From: a virus
Taxonomy: Duplodnaviria; Caudoviricetes
Length of the DNA stretch: 64,000 nt
Strand: one strand, 5' to 3'
IMG/VR virus record: IMGVR_UViG_3300032038_000053
Coordinates: 13,788 to 77,787 of that record
Below are positions 10,642-20,757 of this stretch, in pieces (position 1 is the first letter of the stretch; every line of letters starts with the position of its first letter). A model generated the notes under the pieces. The model made no database searches and had not been told where the DNA came from. It worked only from the letters and a program-made list of their open reading frames with translations. A program made the position numbers and the translations under genes.

Positions 10642-12033
10642 ATGATTCTGAAACGTATGAATTTGGAAGAAGAATATCTGTTGGACATGTGTACACATAA
10701 TGGATTTCGTATTGAGAATGAAGATGTGTATTCTCCCACAGATCCGTCATTGTTGGTGAACTCTTCGAAGTTCACCGACTGTGAGTTCCGTTGTGATTGT
10801 GGTGCATTTATCGGCCAAGATATTCTGGGACAGAAGTGTCCGATGTGTGGAACGGAAATCACTTTGCATTCGCTCAATTTCAAGTATACTGGATGGGTAG
10901 ATATCTATCCCCATCGTGTCATTGCTCCTGCATATTATGCATTGTTGAAACGTGCGATTGGACAGAATATGATTAACTTCATTCTTGGAAATTATAAAGC
11001 GGATCACGATGTGAAGTATAATGACAACGATGAAGAGTTCGAGAAGAAACAGAAGACAAAGAAGCGTGGCCGTGTTGCATCAAATGACATCTCTGCAATT
11101 ATCAAGAAGATTCCCAAGAATAAACACATCTACCAGGGAATTGGTCATGATGGGTTTTATGAAAGATTCGAAGAAATCATCACAGCTTGTTATTCCAAAC
11201 CTCATGCAAAAGATATCCAGATGTTATTAGATAATAAAATGGATGTTTTCACATCAAAGATTCCGATTTATTCTACAGCATTCCGTCCCACTAATACAAC
11301 ATCGGAGAGTAAGTTCTATCCGACAATCAATCGTTACTTGTCCAAGATTGTATCTGTCAATTGTCAACTTCCATTTATGACAATGCAGTTGGAAATCATG
11401 CATGCGTTAAATTGTATTCAGAATAACTGGTTAGAAGCAACGGATTATTTAATTGATTCCGAAATGGATAAAAAGACAGGATTCATTCGTTCTGAGATTG
11501 TTGGTGGACCATTCCAATTCTCTTCCAGAGCTGTTATCACATTGGATCCTTCACTGAATATTGATGAAATCGATCTTCCGTATTCTATGTTAATCATCGT
11601 ATATCAGTTTAAGATTGCTCATATGATTGCCACACGTTATAACATGACATTGGAACAGTCTTGTGAATTCATTAAGAGATACACAGATGATCCAAAGGTT
11701 GTTGCTTGTATGGATGAAATCATTGCAGCTGGAGCGTGGGCAATTATCTTAAGAGAACCAACAAACAATCTTGCATCCATTTGCTTGTGTAAGATTCGCC
11801 GTTACAAATTGGATGAGAATGACGATACCATGAGCATTACCATCGAATCATTAGCTGGATTGAATGCAGACTTTGATGGTGATCAGTTGGACATCTTTAT
11901 CATCCCTGATAAGCAGTTGTTAGAATGGTTTATGCCGTTTCATTATAGCTGTATGACTAACTATGTTACTGGTGAATTCGATGTATCCTTGCGTGAATGG
12001 TTTGCTATCTCAATCGGTAGAATGAGTGAATAA
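10642..12033 (+). CDS. RNA polymerase beta' subunit, N-terminal part (split phage multisubunit RNAP)
   Basis: zinc-binding CRCDCG...CPMC, SSRAVI, LREPT and catalytic GLNADFDGDQ. Confidence 0.93.
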   Translation: MILKRMNLEEEYLLDMCTHNGFRIENEDVYSPTDPSLLVNSSKFTDCEFRCDCGAFIGQDILGQKCPMCGTEITLHSLNFKYTGWVDIYPHRVIAPAYYALLKRAIGQNMINFILGNYKADHDVKYNDNDEEFEKKQKTKKRGRVASNDISAIIKKIPKNKHIYQGIGHDGFYERFEEIITACYSKPHAKDIQMLLDNKMDVFTSKIPIYSTAFRPTNTTSESKFYPTINRYLSKIVSVNCQLPFMTMQLEIMHALNCIQNNWLEATDYLIDSEMDKKTGFIRSEIVGGPFQFSSRAVITLDPSLNIDEIDLPYSMLIIVYQFKIAHMIATRYNMTLEQSCEFIKRYTDDPKVVACMDEIIAAGAWAIILREPTNNLASICLCKIRRYKLDENDDTMSITIESLAGLNADFDGDQLDIFIIPDKQLLEWFMPFHYSCMTNYVTGEFDVSLREWFAISIGRMSE

Positions 12034-12038
12034 TGAAT

Positions 12039-12057
12039 TCCCCGGCTTAGCCGGGGA
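12039..12057 (+). terminator. intrinsic terminator
   Basis: CCCCGGC-TTA-GCCGGGG then ATTTTT. Confidence 0.75.
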
Positions 12058-12169
12058 TTTTTCATATTTGTATATTGATATATTTATTGTGTAAGGAGGT
12101 GGTGATATACATGGATGTATATTATGTAATTACCAAAACTAATGAAAAACAATTAAAGGAGGAGATCGT

Positions 12170-14125
12170 ATGATCACAAGAGAAGAACTGGATATGTACA
12201 CGAAGGCATATACAGCAGGAACGCCTATTATTACAGATGAGGAATTTGACAAACTGCTGGAAGAGTATGTATCCAAGAATGGCGAAGAAGCAAGACCGTT
12301 TACACGTAACAAGCAGAGTGCAGCAATCAATGATGTTGTAGGAACATTACCCAAAGTTCACGGTGTCAAAGAACCCATGAGACCCGGACAGAAGACTTAT
12401 GCAGACTGGGTAGATAGTTTATTGAATCATGGCGTATGTGACGATGTTACGGTAATTGTACAGGTCAAGTATGACGGATGCAGCATTGCCTTGGATGTCA
12501 AGACTGGTAGATATTTCACCCGTGGAGATTATGACAATGGCGAAAGCATGGATGTCACGGAGTTGTTTGGCCGTCGTGTATCCATGCATGGAGATGCAAA
12601 TGATTTTGCTGGATTGATGTCCGTTAAGTTTGAAGCAATTATGTCCGAAGAAGCATTCCATGAATTAGGACTTGATCAGAAATATGTGAATGCAAGAGCA
12701 GCCACATCTGCCATCATCATGTCTCGTGATAAGAAATTGGCTCAGTATATCTCCTTACAACCGTTACGTTGTTACTATGCTGATGGTGGCATGACAATCC
12801 CAGAGGAACTGGGACGACTCAGTGTGATCTGTTCCTTGGATGCATTTGATATCATCCAGAATTTCATCGATGAAAAATTAGCAGATGGCGCAAAGGTATT
12901 GGTTTGTAAAGAAGGGCCATATGCAATTACCAATGCGCATTATGCAATTGATGGTGTTGTCGTATCTGTATTGGAAAACGATCATAGTTGTGAATTGATG
13001 AAACCTCACATGGAGATTGCCATTAAGATTCTCAACAATATTAAAGAGACAAAGATTATTGATATTGAATGGCAAATGGGAAAGACTGGTAAGATTACAC
13101 CTGTTGGTATTCTGGAACCTGTAACATTCGATAATGGGGTCACAGTGGATCATGTTAGTTTATCTACATTTGATCGTGTTTATAACTTGGGATTGCATTA
13201 TGGAGATACCGTCAGAGTGATGCATAACATTGTGCCATATCTCTTGGACAGTAAACATGATGGGTGTATGATTATTCCATTACCAACTAGCTGTCCGATT
13301 TGTGGTTCTCCACTCGATACGTCAAATCTCAAAACAGTTCGTTGCACCAATCCCAATTGTAAGAATAATAAACTTGGCGATATCATTCGTTATTGTGAGA
13401 ACATGAAGATGATGGGAATCTCCAAGGGTATCTTGTCGAAGTTATATGATTTGGGTTATGTCAGAACGATTGCTGATCTGTATACGATCAATTATGAAGA
13501 ATTAGCATTAGAACGTGGGTTTGCAACAACATCTGTTCGTGCATTACAAGATTCAATTAGAAAAGCATCCGTTAATGTTCCATTGGAAAGATTCCTGTCT
13601 GCGTTGCCATGCACCAATGTATCAAAGAAGACATGGAGAATGATTTTGGATTCCCGTGTCAATCAGACATTCATGGAGACAGGAGATGGTGAAACAGAAC
13701 AGCATATTTGTGATGCATTAGTCGAAGAATCACCTAACAACTTCTTGAAACTCATTACCGGATTCACATATGGTGTTGGCGATACGACATGGAAAGCAAT
13801 TCACTTTGGGATCCGCACCTATTGGGGTGACATTTCCCGTGCCGCATATAATGTTGCTTTTCAAGTTAATTATCTGACCGATGATGATAGAAATAGTAAT
13901 GGACTCGTGTGCTTCACTGGACATCGTGATCGTGACTTGGCAGCTTTGCTTGCACAGAATGGTTATGACGTAACTGATGATTTGACAAACAGCTGTGTTG
14001 CCCTGGTAATTCCGGATGAAGGATATTTCTCATCTAAGGTGAAGAGAGCAATCAAGAAAGGTATCCCGATTTTGACAATTGATTCTGCAACATCCAATTT
14101 GAATAGTATGCATAAGATTGTGTAA
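12170..14125 (+). CDS. ligA: NAD-dependent DNA ligase
   Basis: KYDG adenylation motif, TRGD, IDGVVV, GKTGKITPV, Cys4 zinc finger, C-terminal BRCT (CFTG). Confidence 0.95.
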   Translation: MITREELDMYTKAYTAGTPIITDEEFDKLLEEYVSKNGEEARPFTRNKQSAAINDVVGTLPKVHGVKEPMRPGQKTYADWVDSLLNHGVCDDVTVIVQVKYDGCSIALDVKTGRYFTRGDYDNGESMDVTELFGRRVSMHGDANDFAGLMSVKFEAIMSEEAFHELGLDQKYVNARAATSAIIMSRDKKLAQYISLQPLRCYYADGGMTIPEELGRLSVICSLDAFDIIQNFIDEKLADGAKVLVCKEGPYAITNAHYAIDGVVVSVLENDHSCELMKPHMEIAIKILNNIKETKIIDIEWQMGKTGKITPVGILEPVTFDNGVTVDHVSLSTFDRVYNLGLHYGDTVRVMHNIVPYLLDSKHDGCMIIPLPTSCPICGSPLDTSNLKTVRCTNPNCKNNKLGDIIRYCENMKMMGISKGILSKLYDLGYVRTIADLYTINYEELALERGFATTSVRALQDSIRKASVNVPLERFLSALPCTNVSKKTWRMILDSRVNQTFMETGDGETEQHICDALVEESPNNFLKLITGFTYGVGDTTWKAIHFGIRTYWGDISRAAYNVAFQVNYLTDDDRNSNGLVCFTGHRDRDLAALLAQNGYDVTDDLTNSCVALVIPDEGYFSSKVKRAIKKGIPILTIDSATSNLNSMHKIV

Positions 14126-14130
14126 TGAAT

Positions 14131-14153
14131 AACCCCCGCATTTCGCGGGGGTT
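14131..14153 (+). terminator. intrinsic terminator
   Basis: AACCCCCGC-ATTTC-GCGGGGGTT then TCTTTTTT. Confidence 0.8.
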
Positions 14154-14204
14154 TCTTTTTTATACCAACTATTATAACACAATCCAATACCAAAATTTGA
14201 AAGG

Positions 14205-14939
14205 ATGATGCATATGGATCAACGTAAAAAAGAAGACAACATGGTGGAACGTTTAAAGCACCCGGATGAACAAGGTAGTTCCAACAAAGCCATTTGCCAG
14301 ATGATCAATCACGCATATCAGAGTAAACATGAAGTGTGGCTTGCAACAGATTGGCATTTGTGGAAACGCAGATCAAAGAACAGACCTTCTTGTGTAAAAC
14401 GTTCTGATTTTAAACAGATCATCAATAATATCTTGAACACGGTTAAACATGATGACTTGTTGATCTACATGGGTGATTTGGTAGATGGAGAATTCTTAAT
14501 CAAAAAAGAATTAAAAGATGTATTATTGGAAATTAGTTGTCCCAAGATTCTCGTACGTGGTAACAATGATTTGTTTCCAGATTCATTCTACAAAGAATGT
14601 GGATTTTCGCATGTTGTTGATTCTTTTGTTTGGAATGATATTCTGTTTACACATATGCCTGTGAAGAATGATCACAAATTGAATATTCATGGACATCTTC
14701 ATGGATGTCGTAATTATTGGATACCGTACGTCAATCAGATTGATGTTGGTGCTTATGGCGGGAGAAAAAACCCAATCAAATTAGATGAGTTAATGGTGGA
14801 GCAACAGGAATATGCAAAGACAATCAAAGAATCTCCTGAACATTTCAATGAGATGGAATTGATGGAATATGATATGTCATTGTATATGCGTGTGATGGAA
14901 GAAGGATCTGATTTTGTTCATGATCCATGGTATGATTGA
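14205..14939 (+). CDS. calcineurin-like metallophosphoesterase
   Basis: DWH, GDLVD, GNND, THMP, HGHLH motifs. Confidence 0.85.
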   Translation: MMHMDQRKKEDNMVERLKHPDEQGSSNKAICQMINHAYQSKHEVWLATDWHLWKRRSKNRPSCVKRSDFKQIINNILNTVKHDDLLIYMGDLVDGEFLIKKELKDVLLEISCPKILVRGNNDLFPDSFYKECGFSHVVDSFVWNDILFTHMPVKNDHKLNIHGHLHGCRNYWIPYVNQIDVGAYGGRKNPIKLDELMVEQQEYAKTIKESPEHFNEMELMEYDMSLYMRVMEEGSDFVHDPWYD

Positions 14940-14954
14940 TTAGGAGGAATTCAT

Positions 14955-15545
14955 ATGAAGCTCATTGATTATTTTATCAAAGAAAAGACGTATGATCATT
15001 TCAACAAGGATAACAAAGTACTGCATGTCGGTGATCAGTATAAAGTCAAATTGATTACAAAAAATGGTGTGGTGTATGAACGCATCTATGTGCTGACAGC
15101 CGTTTACGATACAGAACTTCGTTTTGAGAATCCGTTTTTCAGAACTGAGAAACTGTTAATGTATCTTGAAGATGTGAATAAAGTTGTTCTTTCGAAAATG
15201 AATGGTGAAGAGATCCCATGGGATAATGTGGCATTGATTAAGAATGATGTGAAATATTCAATTGACACATCAAAACTCCGTGAAGGTGGTGTATATCGTT
15301 TATCCGTCAAGGACGATGAACGATTAAAAAATGCAATCATTTGGATTGAAGATATCGATCGCAATAGTTGCTTTCATTTCTTATATCAACGCAAATTTGC
15401 CAATCCTCTTGGAGACTTTGACACATTCAGTTATCGTGATGGATTATATATCGATGAGATTGTCAAGAATCCTGATAATTATGAATTAGAACCTTTGTTT
15501 GAATATACAAATGAAGAGATAGTTAATAAGGAGGAATTATTATGA
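14955..15545 (+). CDS. hypothetical protein, two LxxGxxY beta-domains
   Basis: ORF track; LHVGDQYKV and LREGGVYRL. Confidence 0.7.
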   Translation: MKLIDYFIKEKTYDHFNKDNKVLHVGDQYKVKLITKNGVVYERIYVLTAVYDTELRFENPFFRTEKLLMYLEDVNKVVLSKMNGEEIPWDNVALIKNDVKYSIDTSKLREGGVYRLSVKDDERLKNAIIWIEDIDRNSCFHFLYQRKFANPLGDFDTFSYRDGLYIDEIVKNPDNYELEPLFEYTNEEIVNKEELL

Positions 15546-15811
15546 ATTTTATGTATCCCGTAAAGGAATATGAGTTTGATGTTAATGAACTGGTAATTGG
15601 TAACGCATACCAGATCAAAGAGATGAACGGGTCTAATCTTATGATTAAGAATGGCGTCCTCGTACGTAAATCTCCAAAGCAACTTGTGTTTGCATCTACA
15701 CGTATGATTCAGGGTAATTATGAAATTTATAAATTGGAAATTGAACCAAAAGAAGGTACAATAATTGATGAGCTGAAGACATTACCAGAATTCATGTCAA
15801 TTAAAAAATAA
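15542..15811 (+). CDS. small hypothetical protein (LxxGxxY family)
   Basis: overlapping stop/start with upstream gene. Confidence 0.7.
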   Translation: MNFMYPVKEYEFDVNELVIGNAYQIKEMNGSNLMIKNGVLVRKSPKQLVFASTRMIQGNYEIYKLEIEPKEGTIIDELKTLPEFMSIKK

Positions 15812-15819
15812 AAAAGGAG

Positions 15820-16095
15820 ATGATAATCATGAATGAATTCACAAAGCAAGTTATGGTGACAAAATTTAATATTGATGCATTGCATATTGGACATGCGTAT
15901 TATGTCGAAGCAAAGGTAGAAAATTGGCCATCTGCAGAGGATCGTCGTTTATATGGAATATTGCTTAAACGAACCGAAGATTCCATTCTTTTTGCCACAA
16001 ATAAAGTATGTTATGATTCAGACGACGGTAGACTTGAAAGTTTCAAACCAAATGAGATCATAAGATTGGTAGAATTGAAGGTTGATGAAGAATGA
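15820..16095 (+). CDS. small hypothetical protein (LxxGxxY family)
   Basis: SD AAGGAG; LHIGHAYYV. Confidence 0.7.
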   Translation: MIIMNEFTKQVMVTKFNIDALHIGHAYYVEAKVENWPSAEDRRLYGILLKRTEDSILFATNKVCYDSDDGRLESFKPNEIIRLVELKVDEE

Positions 16096-17144
16096 TATTC
16101 TTTTTAGCAGATATCCATTTGGGAGTGAAACTTCCACAAGAAGACTTTATGAATTCATTGGATCAAATGTTTACCATCATTCGTAATAGTAAAGAACCAT
16201 GCGATTTGATCATTGTTGCTGGTGATTTGTTTGATCATAATTTGAACATTGATGAGTCTATTTTCGCCGTACAATTCTTAGTGAAGTTGGTATTGAATGA
16301 TTGTGGAAAAGGGGATATGAAACATATCCCCGTTCACTTCATTGAAGGGACATTTTCTCATGATCGTAAACAAATGAAAATCTTTATGCCATTACTGGAG
16401 AATCTGCCATGCTCCGTGTTCTACACGGATACATGGTGTAAAGTGGAATTACCAAATGGGATGAAGGCATTGTATCTCCCACAAGAATATGGTAATGTGG
16501 ACTACTCTGATGCATTCAATGAACATTATGATTTGATTGTGGGGCATGGACCTATCTCATCTCAGAACAAACAAGTAGTCACATCTCATGGTACAGAAAT
16601 CATGCATTCGGTGGAAATGTTGGGTGAGCATTCTGACTTGTGTGTATTTGGTCACTATCATGAATACACTGATTTTGGGAATGGTGTATATTATGCAGGA
16701 TCCATGTTGCGGTTTCGATATCATGAAGATACTCTAAAAGTATTCTTTATGTGCGATAAAGACTTTAAAGTCACAACTGCCAAGAATCCATTTGCAAAAG
16801 AATTTAAAACCATTGAGATTCACAATCCTGAAGAATTACGTGATGAATTATCCAAGCAAATCGATTCTCCACATCGATTTGTCATCAGCACCACAAATGA
16901 TCAAGAGTTGGAAGCATATCATGCGATTATGAACACCACAAAACAAAATCAGTTTGTGAAGTTTAAGATTGAACGAACGGAAGAAGTTGTGGAAGAAGAT
17001 AAGTTGGATGTTATCCAGCATTCTAATGTGGTTGAACCAATCGAGGGTTTGTTACAATTTATCAACGAGAAATACAATGTGGATGTGACGAAAGAGGTGA
17101 GAGAATATGAAGACAAAATCAAACAAGAAACCACCAAAAAATGA
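16092..17144 (+). CDS. sbcD: SbcD/Mre11-like nuclease
   Basis: DIHLG, GDLFD, GTFSHD, GHYH, YAGS motifs. Confidence 0.88.
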   Translation: MIFFLADIHLGVKLPQEDFMNSLDQMFTIIRNSKEPCDLIIVAGDLFDHNLNIDESIFAVQFLVKLVLNDCGKGDMKHIPVHFIEGTFSHDRKQMKIFMPLLENLPCSVFYTDTWCKVELPNGMKALYLPQEYGNVDYSDAFNEHYDLIVGHGPISSQNKQVVTSHGTEIMHSVEMLGEHSDLCVFGHYHEYTDFGNGVYYAGSMLRFRYHEDTLKVFFMCDKDFKVTTAKNPFAKEFKTIEIHNPEELRDELSKQIDSPHRFVISTTNDQELEAYHAIMNTTKQNQFVKFKIERTEEVVEEDKLDVIQHSNVVEPIEGLLQFINEKYNVDVTKEVREYEDKIKQETTKK

Positions 17145-17298
17145 TTGGAATTGGAATAATTTCATCATCATTCTCATTTACCTTATTTTGACAATCTATT
17201 TTGGTAGCAAGTTATTTAATCATGGGACAATCGTTGTTGGTTGTCCCGCACCGTCCGATAGTACTCGAGAAATTTATGTAAGGGAGATATCACAATGA
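17107..17298 (+). CDS. small membrane protein
   Basis: hydrophobic stretch FIIILIYLILTIYF. Confidence 0.5.
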   Translation: MKTKSNKKPPKNDWNWNNFIIILIYLILTIYFGSKLFNHGTIVVGCPAPSDSTREIYVREISQ

Positions 17299-17519
17299 AA
17301 GATCAACCAATTCAATTTGTCATCGGATATTTCAATATTGGAGATACATATTCCGTGACAAGTAATTATGAAAGCAAATTCGTTGGAAAAGTAATCGATC
17401 TGGATGATAACATTTCACCAAAGATCGTGACATTTGAAACCGTTTATGGTGCATTAAAGATCACCGCAGAAATGGCTGTAACACAGAATTATCGTTTTGA
17501 AAAACTGAAAGGAGAATGA
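17295..17519 (+). CDS. small hypothetical protein (LxxGxxY-like family)
   Basis: FNIGDTYSV; coupled start. Confidence 0.65.
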   Translation: MKDQPIQFVIGYFNIGDTYSVTSNYESKFVGKVIDLDDNISPKIVTFETVYGALKITAEMAVTQNYRFEKLKGE

Positions 17520-17522
17520 ACA

Positions 17523-17810
17523 ATGAAGAATGAACCGATTGTGCTTAGAACAGAGCAATGGAATCACAAGAAGCTTGTTGTCGGGAAAGCATACTTGCTG
17601 TATGATAAGGACAACATGGTTGGTCAACATGTGATGTTGCGCAAGATTCACAATGGGCCACATCCTTCATTAGAATTCATTTACCCCGTATGGGATGATA
17701 AAGTAAAAGTGAAATCCATTTTCATTGGTTCTAGTGAGGATCAGCTGAACATGTTTTTGATTTCCCCACTTGAAGAAAATATTGATGAGGAATCTATTTA
17801 TAATGCTTAA
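17523..17810 (+). CDS. small hypothetical protein (LxxGxxY family)
   Basis: LVVGKAYLL; SD AAGGAG. Confidence 0.65.
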   Translation: MKNEPIVLRTEQWNHKKLVVGKAYLLYDKDNMVGQHVMLRKIHNGPHPSLEFIYPVWDDKVKVKSIFIGSSEDQLNMFLISPLEENIDEESIYNA

Positions 17811-17826
17811 TCAGGAGAGATGATTT

Positions 17827-17949
17827 ATGAAGAAGATTACATTAAGAAAAGTTGTATTAGTATTGGCACTTGCATTGACTGGTTTGTCCATTTCTACAGA
17901 TGTCTATCGTGTCAACAAAATGGTGGAGGAGTTGTTTGAAGATGAATGA
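17827..17949 (+). CDS. 40-aa membrane peptide MKKITLRKVVLVLALALTG...
   Basis: read by hand; SD AGGAG; signal/TM-like N-terminus. Confidence 0.55.
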   Translation: MKKITLRKVVLVLALALTGLSISTDVYRVNKMVEELFEDE

Positions 17950-18115
17950 GATTAAAATGAATCCGTTGTGTTGTGACAATCTTCGTCCTGTGTGGCTGAA
18001 GTATGCTGCTGATTTGATCAACGGTATGTACGATAATGAATTAGATGAAATGTTTGAAGAAGGAGCAACCAATGAGGAAGAGATCGGAAGTAAGGAAGAA
18101 CCACCCGTTGCCTGA
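17942..18115 (+). CDS. small acidic hypothetical protein
   Basis: part of ORF-track 17900..18115; SD GGAGG before 17942. Confidence 0.5.
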   Translation: MNEIKMNPLCCDNLRPVWLKYAADLINGMYDNELDEMFEEGATNEEEIGSKEEPPVA

Positions 18116-18410
18116 TACATATCAGAAACATGAAACATTGATTATGATTTGTTCGATTACAGTATTATTAGTGACAACATTTTGTGTCTTATCAACAGAA
18201 TTATTGTTTAATAAAATGATGAAGATTCAAGAAGACCCATTGAAAATTCAAACTGTTGATATGTCGAGTGGTCATGCAGTTGTTGTCACATATTATACGA
18301 ATCATGTCGAATTGTATGATGGTCAGATTTCATTTGTTGATCGTGATGGGAAGGAGATCACACTTCCCACCGCAATCATCACAGTGAATCAAATCAATGG
18401 AGGGAAGTAA
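18045..18410 (+). CDS. membrane-anchored hypothetical protein
   Basis: single TM segment; true start may be downstream. Confidence 0.55.
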   Translation: MKCLKKEQPMRKRSEVRKNHPLPDTYQKHETLIMICSITVLLVTTFCVLSTELLFNKMMKIQEDPLKIQTVDMSSGHAVVVTYYTNHVELYDGQISFVDRDGKEITLPTAIITVNQINGGK

Positions 18411-18411
18411 G

Positions 18412-19749
18412 ATGGCAGTAAAGAAAGCAAGTGTGTTAATGGAAGAAAACAAGGACAAATCCATGATGGAGATTCTGTCGATGGGTGGTTCTTCCGAAGT
18501 ATTTAAGAAGAATGATTTGATTGATTATTCGTATCCAACCGGTATCTCGGTGATTGATTATTCTTTGGGATATGAGGTGAATGTCAAAGATGAAACTGGT
18601 AAATTGATTAGAAAGCGTCAGTGTATTGGTTTACAAGCCGGGTCATTTAATGTCATTACAGGTGCAACTCAATCGTTCAAGACAACAATCGGAATGCAGA
18701 TGTGTGCGAATATTGCATATGCGAATGATGGGAACGTGGTACATTTGGATGCTGAAAACAGATTGGTTGTACAGCGTTTAAAGAATCTCACCAAGTTACC
18801 GGATTCGTGGTTTGATGGTGAACATCCTCGTTATGCACTGCGAGGTGGTGCAATTGGTTATGATACGTTACAATCATTTGTCACAGAGATCTATGAGAAC
18901 AAGATCAAGTTCAAACAATTGTTACTTCGTGATACTGGTGAAGTGGATGATCATAACAGACCTATTTGGTTGATGCCTCCGACTGTGATCTTCTTAGATT
19001 CCTTGTCTGATGTAATTGGAAAAGAATACGATATCCAAAACTCCAAGGAATGGGAGAAACAAAAAGAGATGCGTAATAATGCAGATGGTATGCGTAATGC
19101 GAAAACCTTAAAAGGTGTTATTTGTGATATCTTACCAATGTTAAAAGAAGCAAACATCATTTTCATCACAATTGCTCATGAGAATGCGAATGTATCTGGG
19201 ACAATCGCTCCACCAAAGAAGCAGTTTCAGTATGGCGATCATGCAACAAAGATAAGTGGCGGTAGAACTGTGGAATATAATGCATCATCCGTTATGGGTT
19301 TCACAGGTGAATCTTCTGCAGACTCTCGTTATGAAGAATCGACAGACGGATTTGTTGGTAATACGATTCTTTATGAGCCAATTAAGTTGTCAACGAATCA
19401 GAGTGGTAACAAACGTAGTGGATTGGGATTCCGTATTGTTGTTGATAAGACACAGAATGGCTGTGACAATCTCCGTACACTTGTATTGTTCTTGAATGAT
19501 CGTGGGCGTTTGAAGGGTAACAAAGCAGGATTCAAGGTATTGGATGAGCAGGGTCAAGAAGTGAGTGGTAAGTTCACATGGAAACATATCTATGAAGACT
19601 TCCAGCAAGACCCAGCAACATACAAAATCTTCTTACTCACAGCAAAAAAAGAACTCGATAAATTGGTTTCTCCTGCATTGGATGTTGCTGGTAAAATCAA
19701 ACCGTTTAATATGAATGGAATCTTAGCTGAATTAGATGCATTAAATTAA
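18412..19749 (+). CDS. uvsX: UvsX/RecA-like recombinase
   Basis: Walker A GATQSFKTT (UvsX-type), Walker B VIFLDSL, GG in L2 region. Confidence 0.85.
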   Translation: MAVKKASVLMEENKDKSMMEILSMGGSSEVFKKNDLIDYSYPTGISVIDYSLGYEVNVKDETGKLIRKRQCIGLQAGSFNVITGATQSFKTTIGMQMCANIAYANDGNVVHLDAENRLVVQRLKNLTKLPDSWFDGEHPRYALRGGAIGYDTLQSFVTEIYENKIKFKQLLLRDTGEVDDHNRPIWLMPPTVIFLDSLSDVIGKEYDIQNSKEWEKQKEMRNNADGMRNAKTLKGVICDILPMLKEANIIFITIAHENANVSGTIAPPKKQFQYGDHATKISGGRTVEYNASSVMGFTGESSADSRYEESTDGFVGNTILYEPIKLSTNQSGNKRSGLGFRIVVDKTQNGCDNLRTLVLFLNDRGRLKGNKAGFKVLDEQGQEVSGKFTWKHIYEDFQQDPATYKIFLLTAKKELDKLVSPALDVAGKIKPFNMNGILAELDALN

Positions 19750-19758
19750 CAAAAAAGA

Positions 19759-19779
19759 ATCCCCGGCTAAGCCGGGGAT
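19759..19779. terminator. hairpin between convergent genes
   Basis: ATCCCCGGC-TAA-GCCGGGGAT. Confidence 0.75.
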
Positions 19780-19789
19780 ATCATATAAA

Positions 19790-20743
19790 TTACTTGTACA
19801 GATATTCCTTGAGGAATGCGTCCAGTGCTTTTTTGGCTTTCTTTTTCTGTAATGGATAAAGTGTTTGTTCATAATTTGTTTTAGGACGAATGTCATTCGT
19901 AACCCAGATATACACATCACCGATCGTCTGCATTTCTGCATGATAATACAATACCTGATATAACTTTTTCTCGAGATTAAGATGGTCAGTGCGCCATTCC
20001 ATCACAAGTGGTTCATCCGGGATATCCACCATCAGCTCTACCTCATGATGGAATTTCTCAGGCATTTCAGCATATTCAGTATGATAATACGAGCAATTTA
20101 CAATATAACAGATAGCTTCACGCATTGCCTTTTCACGACTTGTAAATTTTGTGAATTCCCAATTTGCACTAAACAGTGTTCTGTGAATCGAAAGAATGCT
20201 AGATACCTTTGCAAGCCGGGTAGTATCGAATACAACTTCATCGTTCTTGAACATTTCATGGATTGATTCAATGTCAATGCCGGGGTCTGCCTGTTTCATA
20301 ACATATAACATTTCATCAATATATGTCATAATATACGGATTCCCGTTTTCATGAAATCCATTGTGAATACCTAAAAATGCGGCGAGATTATACGGATAAG
20401 AGTATTCACACATTCTAATCAACGGTTCAATGAGTTTCTTACAACCAGACTGACGAAGTTTACGAAATGCTTGTCGTTCAATCTGTTGTACTCGTGAACT
20501 ACAAACGGTTTTACGTCCATCCCAGTATTCGTCTTTTCTTTCAACGAAGTTCGAAATTTTTGTATAGGTCTTATGCTCTTTATAATGTTCAAGTAAAATT
20601 GTTGTTTCACGTTCTTCTAATGTTGGTAACATGCGATTCTCAATTACATCGATAAAGAACTGCGGAGGAATCTTTAAAACTTCATCATCCAATTCTCCAA
20701 GCATGCCCATCATAAAATTATACGGGTAATCTTTTGTTGTCAT
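19790..20743 (-). CDS. sigma70 region-4-like HTH protein with possible C-terminal RNAP alpha-CTD-like domain
   Basis: LEERETTILLEHY...TYTKI...SRVQQIERQAFRKLR; C-terminal TDHLNLEKKLYQVLYYHAEMQTIGDV. Confidence 0.65.
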   Translation of the reverse strand: MTTKDYPYNFMMGMLGELDDEVLKIPPQFFIDVIENRMLPTLEERETTILLEHYKEHKTYTKISNFVERKDEYWDGRKTVCSSRVQQIERQAFRKLRQSGCKKLIEPLIRMCEYSYPYNLAAFLGIHNGFHENGNPYIMTYIDEMLYVMKQADPGIDIESIHEMFKNDEVVFDTTRLAKVSSILSIHRTLFSANWEFTKFTSREKAMREAICYIVNCSYYHTEYAEMPEKFHHEVELMVDIPDEPLVMEWRTDHLNLEKKLYQVLYYHAEMQTIGDVYIWVTNDIRPKTNYEQTLYPLQKKKAKKALDAFLKEYLYK

Positions 20744-20757
20744 TTTACATTTCTCCT

